A stretch of DNA of 63,999 bases, the filler included, from Ionaspis alba (lineage: Eukaryota): the NCBI GenBank assembly GCA_964255285.1. It is 5 parts of 5 records of this genome, joined end to end, with 100 filler letters (N's around TTAATTAATTAA, not from the genome) between each part and the next. Parts side by side here need not be neighbours in the genome. Positions count along the whole stretch, not along the records: positions 40,521 to 53,888 come from CAXUUL010000464.1; positions 53,989 to 63,999 come from CAXUUL010000634.1; 3 more parts are not named here. One strand, given 5' to 3'. Position numbers and translations under genes: made by a program. A model generated the notes under the pieces. It had not been told where the DNA came from, ran no database searches, and was given only the letters and a program-made list of their open reading frames with translations. This document shows positions 50,442 to 61,867 of the stretch, piece by piece. How positions within the stretch are numbered: position 1 is the first letter of the stretch; each line of letters opens with the position of its first letter.

Positions 50442-51758
50442 ATGGATCCTATTAGTGTCACTAGCAGTACTATCGTTGTGATCGTGGCAGCATTGCAGAT
50501 TCTTGGAATCGGCAAGAGCGCAATCAGATCCTTCAGCCAAATCGACAAGTATCTGGATCGAGAGCCTGAAAGTAGTACTGAATCGCACATCAGGACGAAA
50601 CATGGGGCGTTTGTTCTCAATGCTGTCCGCTTCCTCATGCCTAGTGTGAGCTCGCAGTTGAAACATATCGACCAGTATGTCCTACATGGCAAGGATGAAA
50701 TACTACTTGAATTCAGGAAGGCTTATATCAGTGACTGCAATATGACTTCTGTTGCGGTGAGTGTATCGAACTTTCTATTCCTATCCAGAATCAGCTCTAA
50801 TGTTATAAAGGGAGCAATTGTGACCCAGGTCGCCATCACTGCACTGTCCTTGCCGTACCTAAGCCAGAGTCATTGGGTAGCTCGAGCATGCTTTGTCATA
50901 AGTTTGATTTCTGGCACATTATCCGTTTTCTTCGCAGTGCTTCTACAAAGGATTATTGGTAGTCTGTACGAAGCACGCACTCTACGAGCTTGGTTATCAA
51001 GTCTAGACACTTATCCCGATATGAAGGATCTCGGGGCTCTCAAAAAACTTCTACAACCGTCATCCACTCCCTCGACGTCAGATACTATCCAGAGAGATGT
51101 TGAGGCGGCAAGAACCTTGCATAACCACTTTGCGGAATTTGACCTTCAACAACGCAGAATTGGTGTTGTGTCCCTCTTCTCAGCTCTCATTCTCGAGACT
51201 CCAAGGTCCATGATCAATATCGCTCTCGGATCTTTCCTGACAGGTCTGGCAGTATATTTTGGGTTCCTGTGGACCCGCGACTTGGATGCCAATGCAGGAC
51301 CTGGCGATTCACGCAATGTATTTATCATATTCATCGTCACAGTACTATGCTGTATAGGGATGTACTCGGCGCCGCGAGGGATCAAAAGCAACGACGAACA
51401 TGTGGCATCTGTATATTCAAGGATACGATCAACGCTTGATTTGATGAATATCGATGTCCAGAATCGAGCACGGAATGAGAGCAACGACAACTCGCCGCCA
51501 GAAGCGGCTAGAGGACTGCCTTCTGACGGTGACGCTGAGGTAGACTCAAAAAATCCCTCCGTAGAGGTGCTCACCCCTCAAGTTCGAGGGCCTCCGCCAG
51601 CTTCTCCTCAAAATACTGTCTTGACTGCTGCTCTCCGGAGGGCAATGCAGGCCCACCAAGAACTGAGCGCTGCTGAATTGGCTTTATCGAAGGAATATGC
51701 AAATATTCTGGCTGCTGCTGAGACGGAGAAGAACACCACTGAGGATCTCTATGACTGA
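50442..51758 (+). CDS. Hypothetical multi-pass membrane protein
   Basis: 438-codon frame with about five hydrophobic segments and a charged C-tail; probable 54-nt in-frame intron 50757-50810 (GTGAGT...AAG). Confidence 0.75.
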   Translation: MDPISVTSSTIVVIVAALQILGIGKSAIRSFSQIDKYLDREPESSTESHIRTKHGAFVLNAVRFLMPSVSSQLKHIDQYVLHGKDEILLEFRKAYISDCNMTSVAVSVSNFLFLSRISSNVIKGAIVTQVAITALSLPYLSQSHWVARACFVISLISGTLSVFFAVLLQRIIGSLYEARTLRAWLSSLDTYPDMKDLGALKKLLQPSSTPSTSDTIQRDVEAARTLHNHFAEFDLQQRRIGVVSLFSALILETPRSMINIALGSFLTGLAVYFGFLWTRDLDANAGPGDSRNVFIIFIVTVLCCIGMYSAPRGIKSNDEHVASVYSRIRSTLDLMNIDVQNRARNESNDNSPPEAARGLPSDGDAEVDSKNPSVEVLTPQVRGPPPASPQNTVLTAALRRAMQAHQELSAAELALSKEYANILAAAETEKNTTEDLYD

Positions 51759-52308
51759 TGATGAGATTAACTTAGAGGTCCGTGACCGGCAAAGAGAGGT
51801 ATTATGAAGGATATCTTAACAGGGTCTCAGCCAATGACAGAGCATGTCTGAACGCACGTTTGGGCACATCTAACGTCAGAGAAATGGCAACTGTCGTGTG
51901 CTGCACCAATCATGGAGAAAATATCATCACCCCACATGCTTCGCAACCACAGACCGTACTTGCTACCTTCAAATGCAACACAACAACATCCGATTTTCCA
52001 AGACAACTGCAATGCCTGGTCTCGCCCACTGAGCTGTCAACTGGCAGGAGGTGGAACACACCTCGAGATGCAGCTGCGAACTGGTGTCAAAGATTTGAGT
52101 TAGATGGCCTGGTCTCGACACAAAAACTGCTTGCTGATAATTTGCAGGTCAACCATATCTTCTTCTATTGCGCTGAGAATGCTACGAACATTATTTGCAT
52201 TCTACTGTATAATAATATGTCGCGATGCCTATGCGGGCGCTCCTACCTCTAAACACCAATCCAAACTAAAGAAAAGAGGAACAATTCTCCCTTCTTCCGG
52301 CAATAATC

Positions 52309-52790
52309 TCATATCATCCGCGCCACTTCTAGCTGTGGTTCCAGCTCTAGCTTACTGCCTCCAGCGCAGTACTCCTACGCTTCCGGTCACGCTTTATCCT
52401 GCCTTTGATGACCCCTTTCGCAGCAGGCGTCACTTCTGGCTCTGGCTCATCTGCCTCCAGCGCAGCATTCTTACGCTTCCGACCACGTTTTCCCCTGTTT
52501 TTGATGAGCTCCTTCGCAGCACACGTTGTTCGTGCCATCTGGATATTATTAAAACTCATTATCTCCGCCTTCTCTGGTGCGACTGATTTGGTCGATCGGG
52601 GAACTTTAGCTTCGTTATTTATACTAGTTAAGAATTGATTTTACTCCCGAAGAAAGGCACTTTCGGTAAAAAAGGATTTGGACAACATCAGCGAGCTTCT
52701 GTATATATCTCTGTAAATATTATATACTCGTTTTATTGAGCGTATAACGTCCTTAGCTAAGTGGAGAGAAACCCACAGTGCCGAGATAAA
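52309..52790 (-). mobile_element. Degenerate C-terminal fragment of a pogo/Fot1-type DDE transposase
   Basis: Minus-strand pieces LQRYIQKLA...NQFLTSINNEAKVPRSTKSV...MSFNNIQMAR...AAKELIKNRGKRGRKRKNAALEA...EVARMI* match my recollection of fungal pogo-like transposase tails (NNEAKVRRSTKS...KRGRKRK...VARMI). Interrupted by stops and frameshifts; AT-rich. Confidence 0.75.
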
Positions 52791-53167
52791 TTTATTGTTT
52801 AAGGTTTTCCCGTCTCTTTTTCGCGAATGAAAGGAATCGTGGTCAATATACTATTGTTCTCTATCTATTTCCTTAAAAAAATTTGGTTTGCAGTAAACAA
52901 ATACCGCGGTTTTGGTTATATTGTCGATCGTCCCGTCGATAGCGCCGAAAGCCGCTTCAGCTATTCCGTTTATTTAATCACGAGTATCGTTCTGTCTCCA
53001 AAATTCGGGCTAATAACACGAAAGTTCTATCAAGAAAGAACATAGTTGCAAACTTTGAAGACACGGAACACGAGGAAACCAAATGGTATGCGCACAATAC
53101 GCCAAGTCTTGATTGATCGCGCTTATAATGTTATATGAATAAGTTAGTCTCATCACCTGTTTTAATG

Positions 53168-53866
53168 CTACAGAAGCGACGAATGTGCGGAATAGTTCAT
53201 ATCATCATCCTGTCCCCGATCCCAATGATAGTCTCGATCATCCTGCTCGCTCATATCCTCCGAAGAAAAGTCAGACAGTGCAAAGCCGCGATCAACCCAA
53301 GATCGTCTTCGCTCCTCACGCAGCAACCTCCTTTCCTCCCGCTCCTTCGCCTCCATTTGCACCCTCTTGCGTTCCTCGATCGCTCTTGCCCTCTCCAGAT
53401 CCCGTGTGTGGCATGAGAAGCATAACGGCACCGCCTTATCCTCTGGCCCCTTAGTAACCGTTGCACACCTTTTGCATCTTACAAAGGGCACGCCGTCCTC
53501 CTCCCATCGCGCGCCTAACATATATCGATGTGTGCCCGGTAACGGTCGACGTCCGCATTCGATGCAGAACCTGTTACACGCGTCTATCCCGCCTGATTTC
53601 TTCTTCTTTTTGTTCATCTTAGAGCTGAAAGTAGCCACAGGACGCAGCCTCGTGCAGCCTACGCAGGCGAGGAATTCGGGATTCAGCGTCTCTGCCAATA
53701 GGAGGTCGGCATGGACAGGCGGAGGAATCAGAGCGTAAAAGTACTGGTTAACCAGCCGCAGAGTATGGAGATCGAAAAATGGCAAGAAGGGAAGAATAGC
53801 GGTATGAATCTCCGGGGGCAGAGCGAGAAGAGGGGGCGGAGGTGATGAGAGTTCTGGCGAGGCCAT
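53168..53866 (-). CDS. F-box domain protein with Cys-rich region
   Basis: LLALPPEIHTAILPFLPFFDLHTLRLVNQYFY F-box; CVGC, CIEC, CKRC and CFSC pairs; charged coiled-coil tail. Confidence 0.85.
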   Translation of the reverse strand: MASPELSSPPPPLLALPPEIHTAILPFLPFFDLHTLRLVNQYFYALIPPPVHADLLLAETLNPEFLACVGCTRLRPVATFSSKMNKKKKKSGGIDACNRFCIECGRRPLPGTHRYMLGARWEEDGVPFVRCKRCATVTKGPEDKAVPLCFSCHTRDLERARAIEERKRVQMEAKEREERRLLREERRRSWVDRGFALSDFSSEDMSEQDDRDYHWDRGQDDDMNYSAHSSLL

Positions 53867-53888
53867 TAAGGATGTCGGAGTTAAAAGT

Positions 53889-53988
53889 NNNNNNNNNNNN
53901 NNNNNNNNNNNNNNNNNNNNNNNNNNNNNNNNTTAATTAATTAANNNNNNNNNNNNNNNNNNNNNNNNNNNNNNNNNNNNNNNNNNNN
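53889..53988. other. Artificial scaffold-joining linker N44-TTAATTAATTAA-N44
   Basis: 12-mer at 53933-53944. Confidence 0.97.
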
Positions 53989-55192
53989 TAATGTCTTGAT
54001 ACGACGGCAGTTCATCATCGTCTAGCGGGGCACTTATAGCTGGCAGCGGGGGTGGCGGTTCCAGACTCCGCTGTCGTTCAATCATAGTCTGCTCTGTTGC
54101 TGCACATATAACTTTGATGTCCGAGATCTTGAATTGGACCTCGAAGTTATCCTTACGGCCTTGACAGTTGACAATCATACTGATTTGGAGGTCGTATGAC
54201 CTCGAAATAGAGTAGCACTTGAAGGATGGTGGCCAATCTTTGACCGCATCGGTGGGGAAGTGCTTGGTTTGGATTGATGTGTCGAGGGGTTGGGCACCGA
54301 GACCGTAGTCGGTACCGAGTCTCTTCTCTTTCATCTCGGTGATGTTCTTGTTGGAGGGTAGTTTCGTGCATCTTTTGTAGGTTTTGGATACGAGGGTTAG
54401 GCCGATCGTCTTATAGGAGCATGCAGGTACAGAACCTGGTACCGCACTTGAGGTTTCGTTGTGGCGAACGAGAAAGGAAATGGGGATTGGCTGGCCCAAA
54501 ATGATCATCGATGGTGGATTGGCAACCACAGTGAATGAATGAATTGGTGGGGGGCCAGATCCTGCAACCACATGCTGGAATTTTTGTGCGAGATTTCTCT
54601 TTGGTGCCATGAAGAGCTTGAATGTTTGTTCCAGCGGTTGCGACGGCTCGGCATGGACGTTCCTTGGTGAGACATCAGGTCGATAGACCAGGCTGTCGAT
54701 ATTATGCACAATCGGCTCATGGCGTAGAACGTCATTGACCCCGTACATTCTGAAAACTCTCTGCGCTATAGCATATATGTGATATGTAATGCTGGCGGCC
54801 TCGGACTGTTCAGGTCCTAGTGAAGGGGGTAGCGGGTGCGGCTTCTCATCAAAGAGCAGGCTCCCACTATCAATATAAAGTCCCGTCTGATCTGGACCTG
54901 TCATCTCTGGAAACGTGAAGTCAAATGGCCAGAAATAAGACTTTCGTGGCTCCAATGTCCGGTCACCGGAAAAGAGAGACAGTTGAATATGAAAGTACTC
55001 CACCACTTCTTTTGAGATTTGGGTGCCTTTCGCAGGTTTCACCTTACTTGCGCCCCTGAAGTCAATGGCTAGTGATGTTATTCTGTCTTCTGCAGGACTC
55101 TTGTATTCGACTGTACCAGAAACGATATCACCAGGCCTAAAGACGCGGTCGGGACCGCCCTGGATTTTGATGCGGACACGGCGTGAGAACAT
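53989..55192 (-). CDS. Alpha-arrestin-like protein (3' end cut by scaffold edge)
   Basis: VFRPGDIVSGTV...IDFRGASK...WPFDFTFP...PLPPS arrestin-N pattern, PPSFKCYSISRSYDL, and a C-terminal PY-like LPSY motif. Confidence 0.8.
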
Positions 55193-56145
55193 CTGGCTTA
55201 GATGCTATATAGATAGCTGTAGACGGTTGATGTTACGCTAGATAGTATCAGCCTGGTAGTGATGAAGCAGACACCGTACGCCATACATCAGAGTGCTTTC
55301 TGGTAGCTGGAGACCTTTCTTGTGCAGAATCAATGGATCGAAAACAACAGAGAGAATCTCCGCTGCGAATTGCTGGTAGATGTGGATTTGAAGAAAATGA
55401 TTGTTTGCACCCTATGTAGGAGTAAGCTCTATATACGAACTGGGTATCTTATGCCAGCAGTTGGTCAGAACATTTCTCCTGCCACACATTCGTAGATATA
55501 TATGTCCGTTCAGGGAAAATTGCAGACAAGAAGATCATGGGTTCAATGCGGAGGAAAGTGTGGGCAGTATTAGTGAACCATAAGAGATAGGAGGCGTGAT
55601 AGAACGAGGCTCAACCTAGGGTCAGGCTGGAGGATCCCCCTCTTTCAGAATAAGTCACGCACTTCGTGTTTCTTGGCTCTTGCTTCGCTGCGATGCGACT
55701 CTGGTTGTGGCACCGGTTCTTCTAAGGCGCAGATCGTTAAAAGCAAAAGGCATGGTAGCTCTAAGAGCTTTGCGAGTACAGATGCGCTTGTTCGATTTGT
55801 TGCTCCACCCTCTACTGGGACTCCGGACTTTGCTAAGCGGCGGGGATGGCTGCAACACGTGACTATCTAACCGCCCCTTCGGTGGTAATCGTGAGCGCCT
55901 TCACCTGCAGCCATCCGCGACGATACTGCTTTAGTGTCAGGACTAGGACTGGTAAGCCGCTGCACGACGTCTCTATTCTATCTGCTCTGCTTCTCTCTCT
56001 TCCATGTCGATCTTTTTATGTATGGAGGAGACTTCTTGTATCAAATACACAAATCATTCATTGCTCTCCGGTTGTACTCAAGTGTCATTCCTGGTCGACC
56101 TTGATCTGTTGGCAACATTACACTTGAACAATTCACCAAAGTATC

Positions 56146-58444
56146 ATGAAGAATACATCGTGCCACTGGTCCGTTGTATGGATCCTGCTGAGCTCATATC
56201 TAATTGTGAACTCTATATTGGCCACTGCAATCCTACCTCGAGAGTCTCCTACCGTGACGAGCCTTGCAGCATCCCAGATACTCTCAAACCCCTTTCCTTA
56301 TGAGTTCCCCAAGCTCGGAACACCTGGGGAGGCTCTATTTCCCATGGAGAAGTGTCATGGTATCACATTAGAAGAAGCCACAATTGATCAATTGCAAGAC
56401 TATATGAGCCATGGGAAGTTGACCTCCTTGCAGCTTGCTATGTGCTATATGCAGAGAATCGGTCAAACAGATGGCTACATCAAGTATGATTTGGCTCTTT
56501 TATAGTCCGTCATGGCAAGAGTATCGCCTTTCATCAGGAAGGGAGCACGAGTAGTGTTGCAGAAGGAGCTGACCTATTCTGAAGCTCTATCATGCAGCTC
56601 AATCCAGATGCGCTAAAAATCGCCTCTCAGCTTGATGTAGAGCGCTCTGCAGGCCGGGTCCGAGGTCCACTCCATGGCATCCCCTTCCTAGTGAAAGACA
56701 ACATTGCCACTAAAGACAAGATGGAAACGTCCGGTGGAAGTTGGGCACTCATTGGCTCCATTGTACCTCGTGATGCCCATGTCGTTCAGCGGCTAAGGGC
56801 GGCTGGTGCTCTACTCTTTGGTAAGGCAACATTAAGCGAGTGGGCCGATATGAGGAGCAACAACTACTCGGAAGGCTACTCTGCCAGAGGAGGGCAGGCG
56901 CGAAGTCCGTACAATCTGACATTGAATCCTGGTGGAAGCAGCTCGGGAAGTGCTGGTGCTGTCGCAGCCAATATCTGTGCATTCTCCTTAGGAACCGAAA
57001 CAGATGGTAGCGGTACGCAGAACAGAATCGATTGCATCTGATTCTCTCAAGCATAGCTCATGGAATTTCTAGTGATCAATCCTGCTGAAAGAAATAGTCT
57101 TGTTGGCATCAAGCCTACTGTCGGACTTACCTCTAGGGCAGGGTGAGTGTTTGAAACTGCGAATCCTGTCGAATGTATTCGGGATACTGACAGCGTCTGA
57201 GTGTCATACCAGAGAGCATACACCAAGACACAGTCGGCACTCTTGCTCGTACCGTTAAAGATGCAGTATACGTCCTTGACGCTATCTATGGACCTGATGC
57301 GCGAGACAACTATACATCAGCTCAAGTTGGCAAGACTCCTAAAGGAGGGTATAGTCAATTTTTGACCAACAAAAGCGCGTTGAAGGGAGCCACATTCGGC
57401 TTGCCATGGCAGAGCTTCTGGGCGCTCTTAGATGAGGGCCAGAAGTCGCAGCTTCTTGACCTGGTCAAGCTCATTGAAGGAGCTGGTGCTAAGATCATCA
57501 ATGGGACAGAACTTCCGATTTACAAGACAATAGTAAGCCCGACTGGATGGAATTGGTAGGTTTCCGAAGCTTTGTGACATTGGCTGTTGAAATGACACGA
57601 GATTAGGGATTATGGCTCAACTCGTGGATACCCCAATGAATCGGAGTATACCGTTGTCAAAGTAACAATAAACCAGTGATTCTAGAAACTTTATCGCTAA
57701 CGCATTGATAGGTAGATTTCTACAACAACATCAAGTCATACCTGTCAGAGCTAGAGAACACCAATCTAAAATCACTGGAAGACATAGTAAAGTGGGTACA
57801 AGTGACGGACATCGCTTTCCTCACTCTATTCGTTGTTGGCTAAGGTTTCCAGATACAACATCGATAATGTCGGCTCTGAAGGTGGCGTGCCTGGAGTCCT
57901 GCCTGCATTCTACTCTGGTCAAGATGGGTTCGATGCGTCCCTGGCTACCAAAGGTGAGTAAACCCCCACTTCTACGGGCAAAGTTTGAAGAGTTGCTCAT
58001 TCTAAATCGTGTCAAGGTGTCATGGACGAAACATATTATCAAGCATTGGCATTCTGTCAAAGGTCTACCAGAGAAGAAGGTATCGATGCCGCACTCAATT
58101 ACAAGGGCATCAAGCTCTCAGGCTTGCTCGTTCCCCCAGACATTGGTCAGACGTATCAAATCGCGGCCCAGGCTGGTGAGCACCCGCTGTCCTATAAAGC
58201 TTCAGCTTCAAGGGCTGATCTTGGAGCAGGCTATCCCATGATAACTCTTCCTGCTGGCATCAATTCGGCTACTGGTATGCCCTTCGGCCTGGCAATCATG
58301 ACTACAGCTTTCGACGAGGCGAGCCTTGTGAAGTGGGCCTCAGCGATCGAGGATTTGCAATTCATCTCTGGGACGAAGCAGAGGCGTTCGTTGCCGAAGT
58401 GGTACGGGTATCTTCAACGGCCAATTCCTGTTCTGAATCTGTAG
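56146..58444 (+). CDS. Secreted amidase-signature family enzyme, multi-exon
   Basis: Signal peptide-like N-terminus; GPLHGIPFLVKDNI, GKATLSEWA, PGGSSSGS, GTETDGS/VINPA, GIKPTVGLTSRAG/VIPES...QDTVG. Confidence 0.93.
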
Positions 58445-58778
58445 CTGTTCAGCGAAGTGCCAGTGGTCTATGGAAGCAGTCATTTAAAGAGAGGAGAAGA
58501 ATCAATATATTATCTAAAATGCTCTATCCGACGCTCAAGAAAGGGTGGGTCCCGGAAAGATCTCTGGGAGTAAATATGGATTTGTATCATGACTTCTGTT
58601 GCCGCTGTTGTCTCGTCACAACCCGCTTCCCTTAACACAACACCAGGTGCACTAGTCAACATCTTTCTTTTCAATTCCTCTTTCCTCACCCCCCACCATC
58701 TTGACAAACTCTGAGTGCATTAACTGAAATGCATCATTGTTCTCTATCCTGAATCGCTGCCTCGTACCCAAACCCACA

Positions 58779-59876
58779 ATGCTCGATTCCGCCATCGTCA
58801 CTTGGGGAATCCCCGTTGCCCCGGAGCAGATTGGATCCCACGTTCAAGCTTACGTCGAGAGCAAAAGCATTTGCCACACTTTTGAGATCTGTGTACGCAA
58901 AGCGCACCAGGCAGACAGACCGCTGGGCACACTGCCACCTGAGATTGTGAAAGAGATTAACAAGCAGCTCGAGGAATCGATCTTGTCCAGATGTGAGGAC
59001 AAATGGCATAAGGACTTATTGTGCACCACAAGTACTTGCAAAGACGAGGATCACTCCCAAGACGGATACGAGGTTCATGATGACCTAATATACGACTTCA
59101 GTAAAGCGATTGGCCAGTGCCATTTTCAACGAGGATATCGCAAGCGCTTCTGGTTCGCCAAATACAACAAGNNNNNNNNNNNNNNNNNNNNNNNNNNNNN
59201 NNNNNNNNNNNNNNNNNNNNNNNNNNNNNNNNNNNNNNNNNNNNNNNNNNNNNNNNNNNNNNNNNNNNNNNGTGCCATTTTCAACGAGGATATCGCAAGC
59301 GCTTCTGGTTCGCCAAATACAACAAGGTTTGTATATCTAGATTTATAATTCTTCTGACTCTAGACAACAGTTGACACACTAGGGCCATTCAGGTCATTGC
59401 AGCAGATTTCGGGCTAGAAGTCTTCTTCTCAACCTTCAGTCTAGCCTCTCCTGAGGATGGGAGCGGTGCATGGGTTGGTGCCTACCTTATTTACCCTTCT
59501 CAACAAACGGAGAGTATGGTCAGGGCTGGTGAAAGCGGAGTTGAGGTGTTTGCCAATATGATGCTCGAGCCAGAGGCACTACCTCGCTATACGGAGGAGC
59601 TCAAAGATGCATTCAACAATTCTATGAAAGCCCTGGGCCTGAAGCCTTTCGTCAATGTAGAGCTCAATCCTCCAACATTCCCGTCACGATATGACTTCAC
59701 TAGGGCACCAAGGCAAAATCTCTCGGTCAAAAATCTTCAGGCCCGACGTACAAGAGCGGCCGGTAAGTGCCACTTTCATCTATTCACGAATACCCGCTAA
59801 CAAGGACGTAGAGATGGAGAAATCAGATGCTTGGCCTAAGCTTATCGTCGTCGCCCATGGAATGTGGACAAGATGA
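58779..59876 (+). CDS. Fungal hypothetical protein (spans a gap with false duplication)
   Basis: MLDSAIVTWGIPV...LGTLPPEIVKEI... continues through GT-AG introns to WPKLIVVAHGMWTR*. Confidence 0.6.
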
Positions 59877-60546
59877 TTCGATCAAGGCTTGTGAGCAATC
59901 TATGACTAGTACAATGGGCTAGGTCTTCGGCGTACATCCATGCCCGGTATGCAGATGCTCTCCGTTCATTCGCAGTCTTTCTGTACGATGACAGTCGATT
60001 TCTTACACTTTTGTACATGCTTCAATAGTCACATTCGCCTGCGAAGTACGGAAAGATCTTGAATATCGAAATGTAGAGCAGTAAATTGAATCACTCTATC
60101 AAGTACGATCAGATAGATAGCATGATTGAGGTACATTGTGCTGTCAGCTTCCCCTCAATGTGTAATACACCATGTGATAATCATGTTGCACCGTGAAGCA
60201 ATAATGCCATGCATAAACAACATTATTGTGCCAAGGAATCTGGCACAATTATAATGGTTCCCGCGCAGCCTTTAGCGATGAAGATCCATCACCCATGCCT
60301 AGAAATTATATGGGGGTGACTGCCAAGATAGCTTTAATACCTCCAAAGGGCTTTTGTATAAGGACGATGATCGAGTGCGTTAATTTACACGACAGGAATT
60401 TGGTATGTAATTTGTGTTGATGTTTTTTGATACGTACTTTGTGTTGATGACCTTATGGTGTAAAAATATAGAGCGCGTTTCATCCTGTCACTGGATGCTT
60501 TATACTCAACCACCCATCTCTTGACCACTCTCTCTGGTGACATAAG

Positions 60547-61499
60547 ATGGCCGAGATTCAAGAGCACGTCATTGACGACGAGGGAGATGTCATCCTCGTC
60601 CTTGGTGAGCCGCCCGTCTCTCACATCAAAGTCAGTTCGAAGATTCTCAGCGTAGCATCAAAGCCACTGCGGGCTCTGCTCAGTGACAAATTCAAGGAAG
60701 GACAACAGCTCATCGAGAAGAAGAATGGGAGGTCTGGACCGGCTTATGTCGAGCTGCCTGAAGACGACAAAGAAGCCATGCTCGTCCTTTGCCAAGTGCT
60801 CCACTTCCGGAAAGTTGAGGGCTGTCCATCCATCAACTTACTGAACAATGTTGCGATTCTCTGTGACAAATACGACTGCTCTCAAGCTCTCCATTTTGCT
60901 AGCTCGACATGGCTGGCTGCCTATCTGCCATTCGTCGATCAACCCAATCACGAGGGTCTACTTGCCGATGCCTACTTGTTCAAGAACCCAGCCTACTTCC
61001 AGGCGTACACCAAAAGACTGATCACCACATGCTCAGGTACCTTTGATCAAGTCTTTCTGTATGGAGGCGGAGATGTCTTGCCTGCTTGGGTAAAGAGTAA
61101 GCTAAGAAATCTCTTGCTCTGCCGCATTTCTAACCGTAGCCCCAAGTCAATCTCGTGGAGCTAAGATTCAAAGTGTTTCTGAAAATCGAAGCTGCTCTGC
61201 ACAATATCTTCAAGCCCCTGGTAGGATCCGTTCCTACAACGACAGCATATGCAGCTTGCGTATCGGCTGGCGCACAAAAGAATATAGCAGAGTTGCATCG
61301 GGTAGGCGTCTGGCCCACGACCACGGAGCTTAACCTTGGATCAACGATTTCTAGACTGCAGCAGATAAAGAACGTGACCCCTGAGCAGTGTAAAGCTAAT
61401 ATCTACATCTCTTGTGAGGGCTGCAAAGTCAGACTCGGGGATGAAGCCAAGAAAATTATCGAAAGTTTTCCCACTTGGTTCGAAGGCCTCCATCTCTGA
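60547..61499 (+). CDS. BTB/POZ domain protein (two exons)
   Basis: IDDEGDVILVL...KVSSKILSVASKPLRALL..KFKEG...LPEDDKEAMLVLCQVLH...AILCDKYDC. Confidence 0.88.
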
Positions 61500-61867
61500 G
61501 ACAAGCACCATCATTACAGAAATGGGAAATGTCAGGCTTAGCTTCGAGGACTTTGAAGTCGTGTATTGTAGTTTATGCCTGACAAGATTCGAGCGGAGCG
61601 ACAAAGCGTGATACGTCAAGCCTGGATTGATAGATAGATTTGCTATCTTGGCTACCCTGGCAGCACGCAGCGTAAGAGACTGCAAATAAGCAATGCGATC
61701 ACCATAGGCTCCTATCGCAAGACCTCAAAGACAAAAGAAGGCATCCAGCCTTTCATTGCCAATACTTGTCCTAGTGTATCATGCCCGTCAATTAACACGT
61801 TGTCGTTCACCAAGGCAGCACAGGTCCCTCTAGTTTACCCACACCAGGAACGCCTGTCACCTTCACC

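Noticed and set aside
13461..53944. TTAATTAATTAA palindrome recurring about every 13.5 kb as a biological repeat
   Set aside because: Always centred in 44+44 Ns; it is a synthetic six-frame-stop linker.
53168..61499. Apparent ubiquitin-ligase adaptor cluster (F-box, arrestin, BTB)
   Set aside because: The F-box gene is on a different scaffold from the other two, and these are large, dispersed fungal families.
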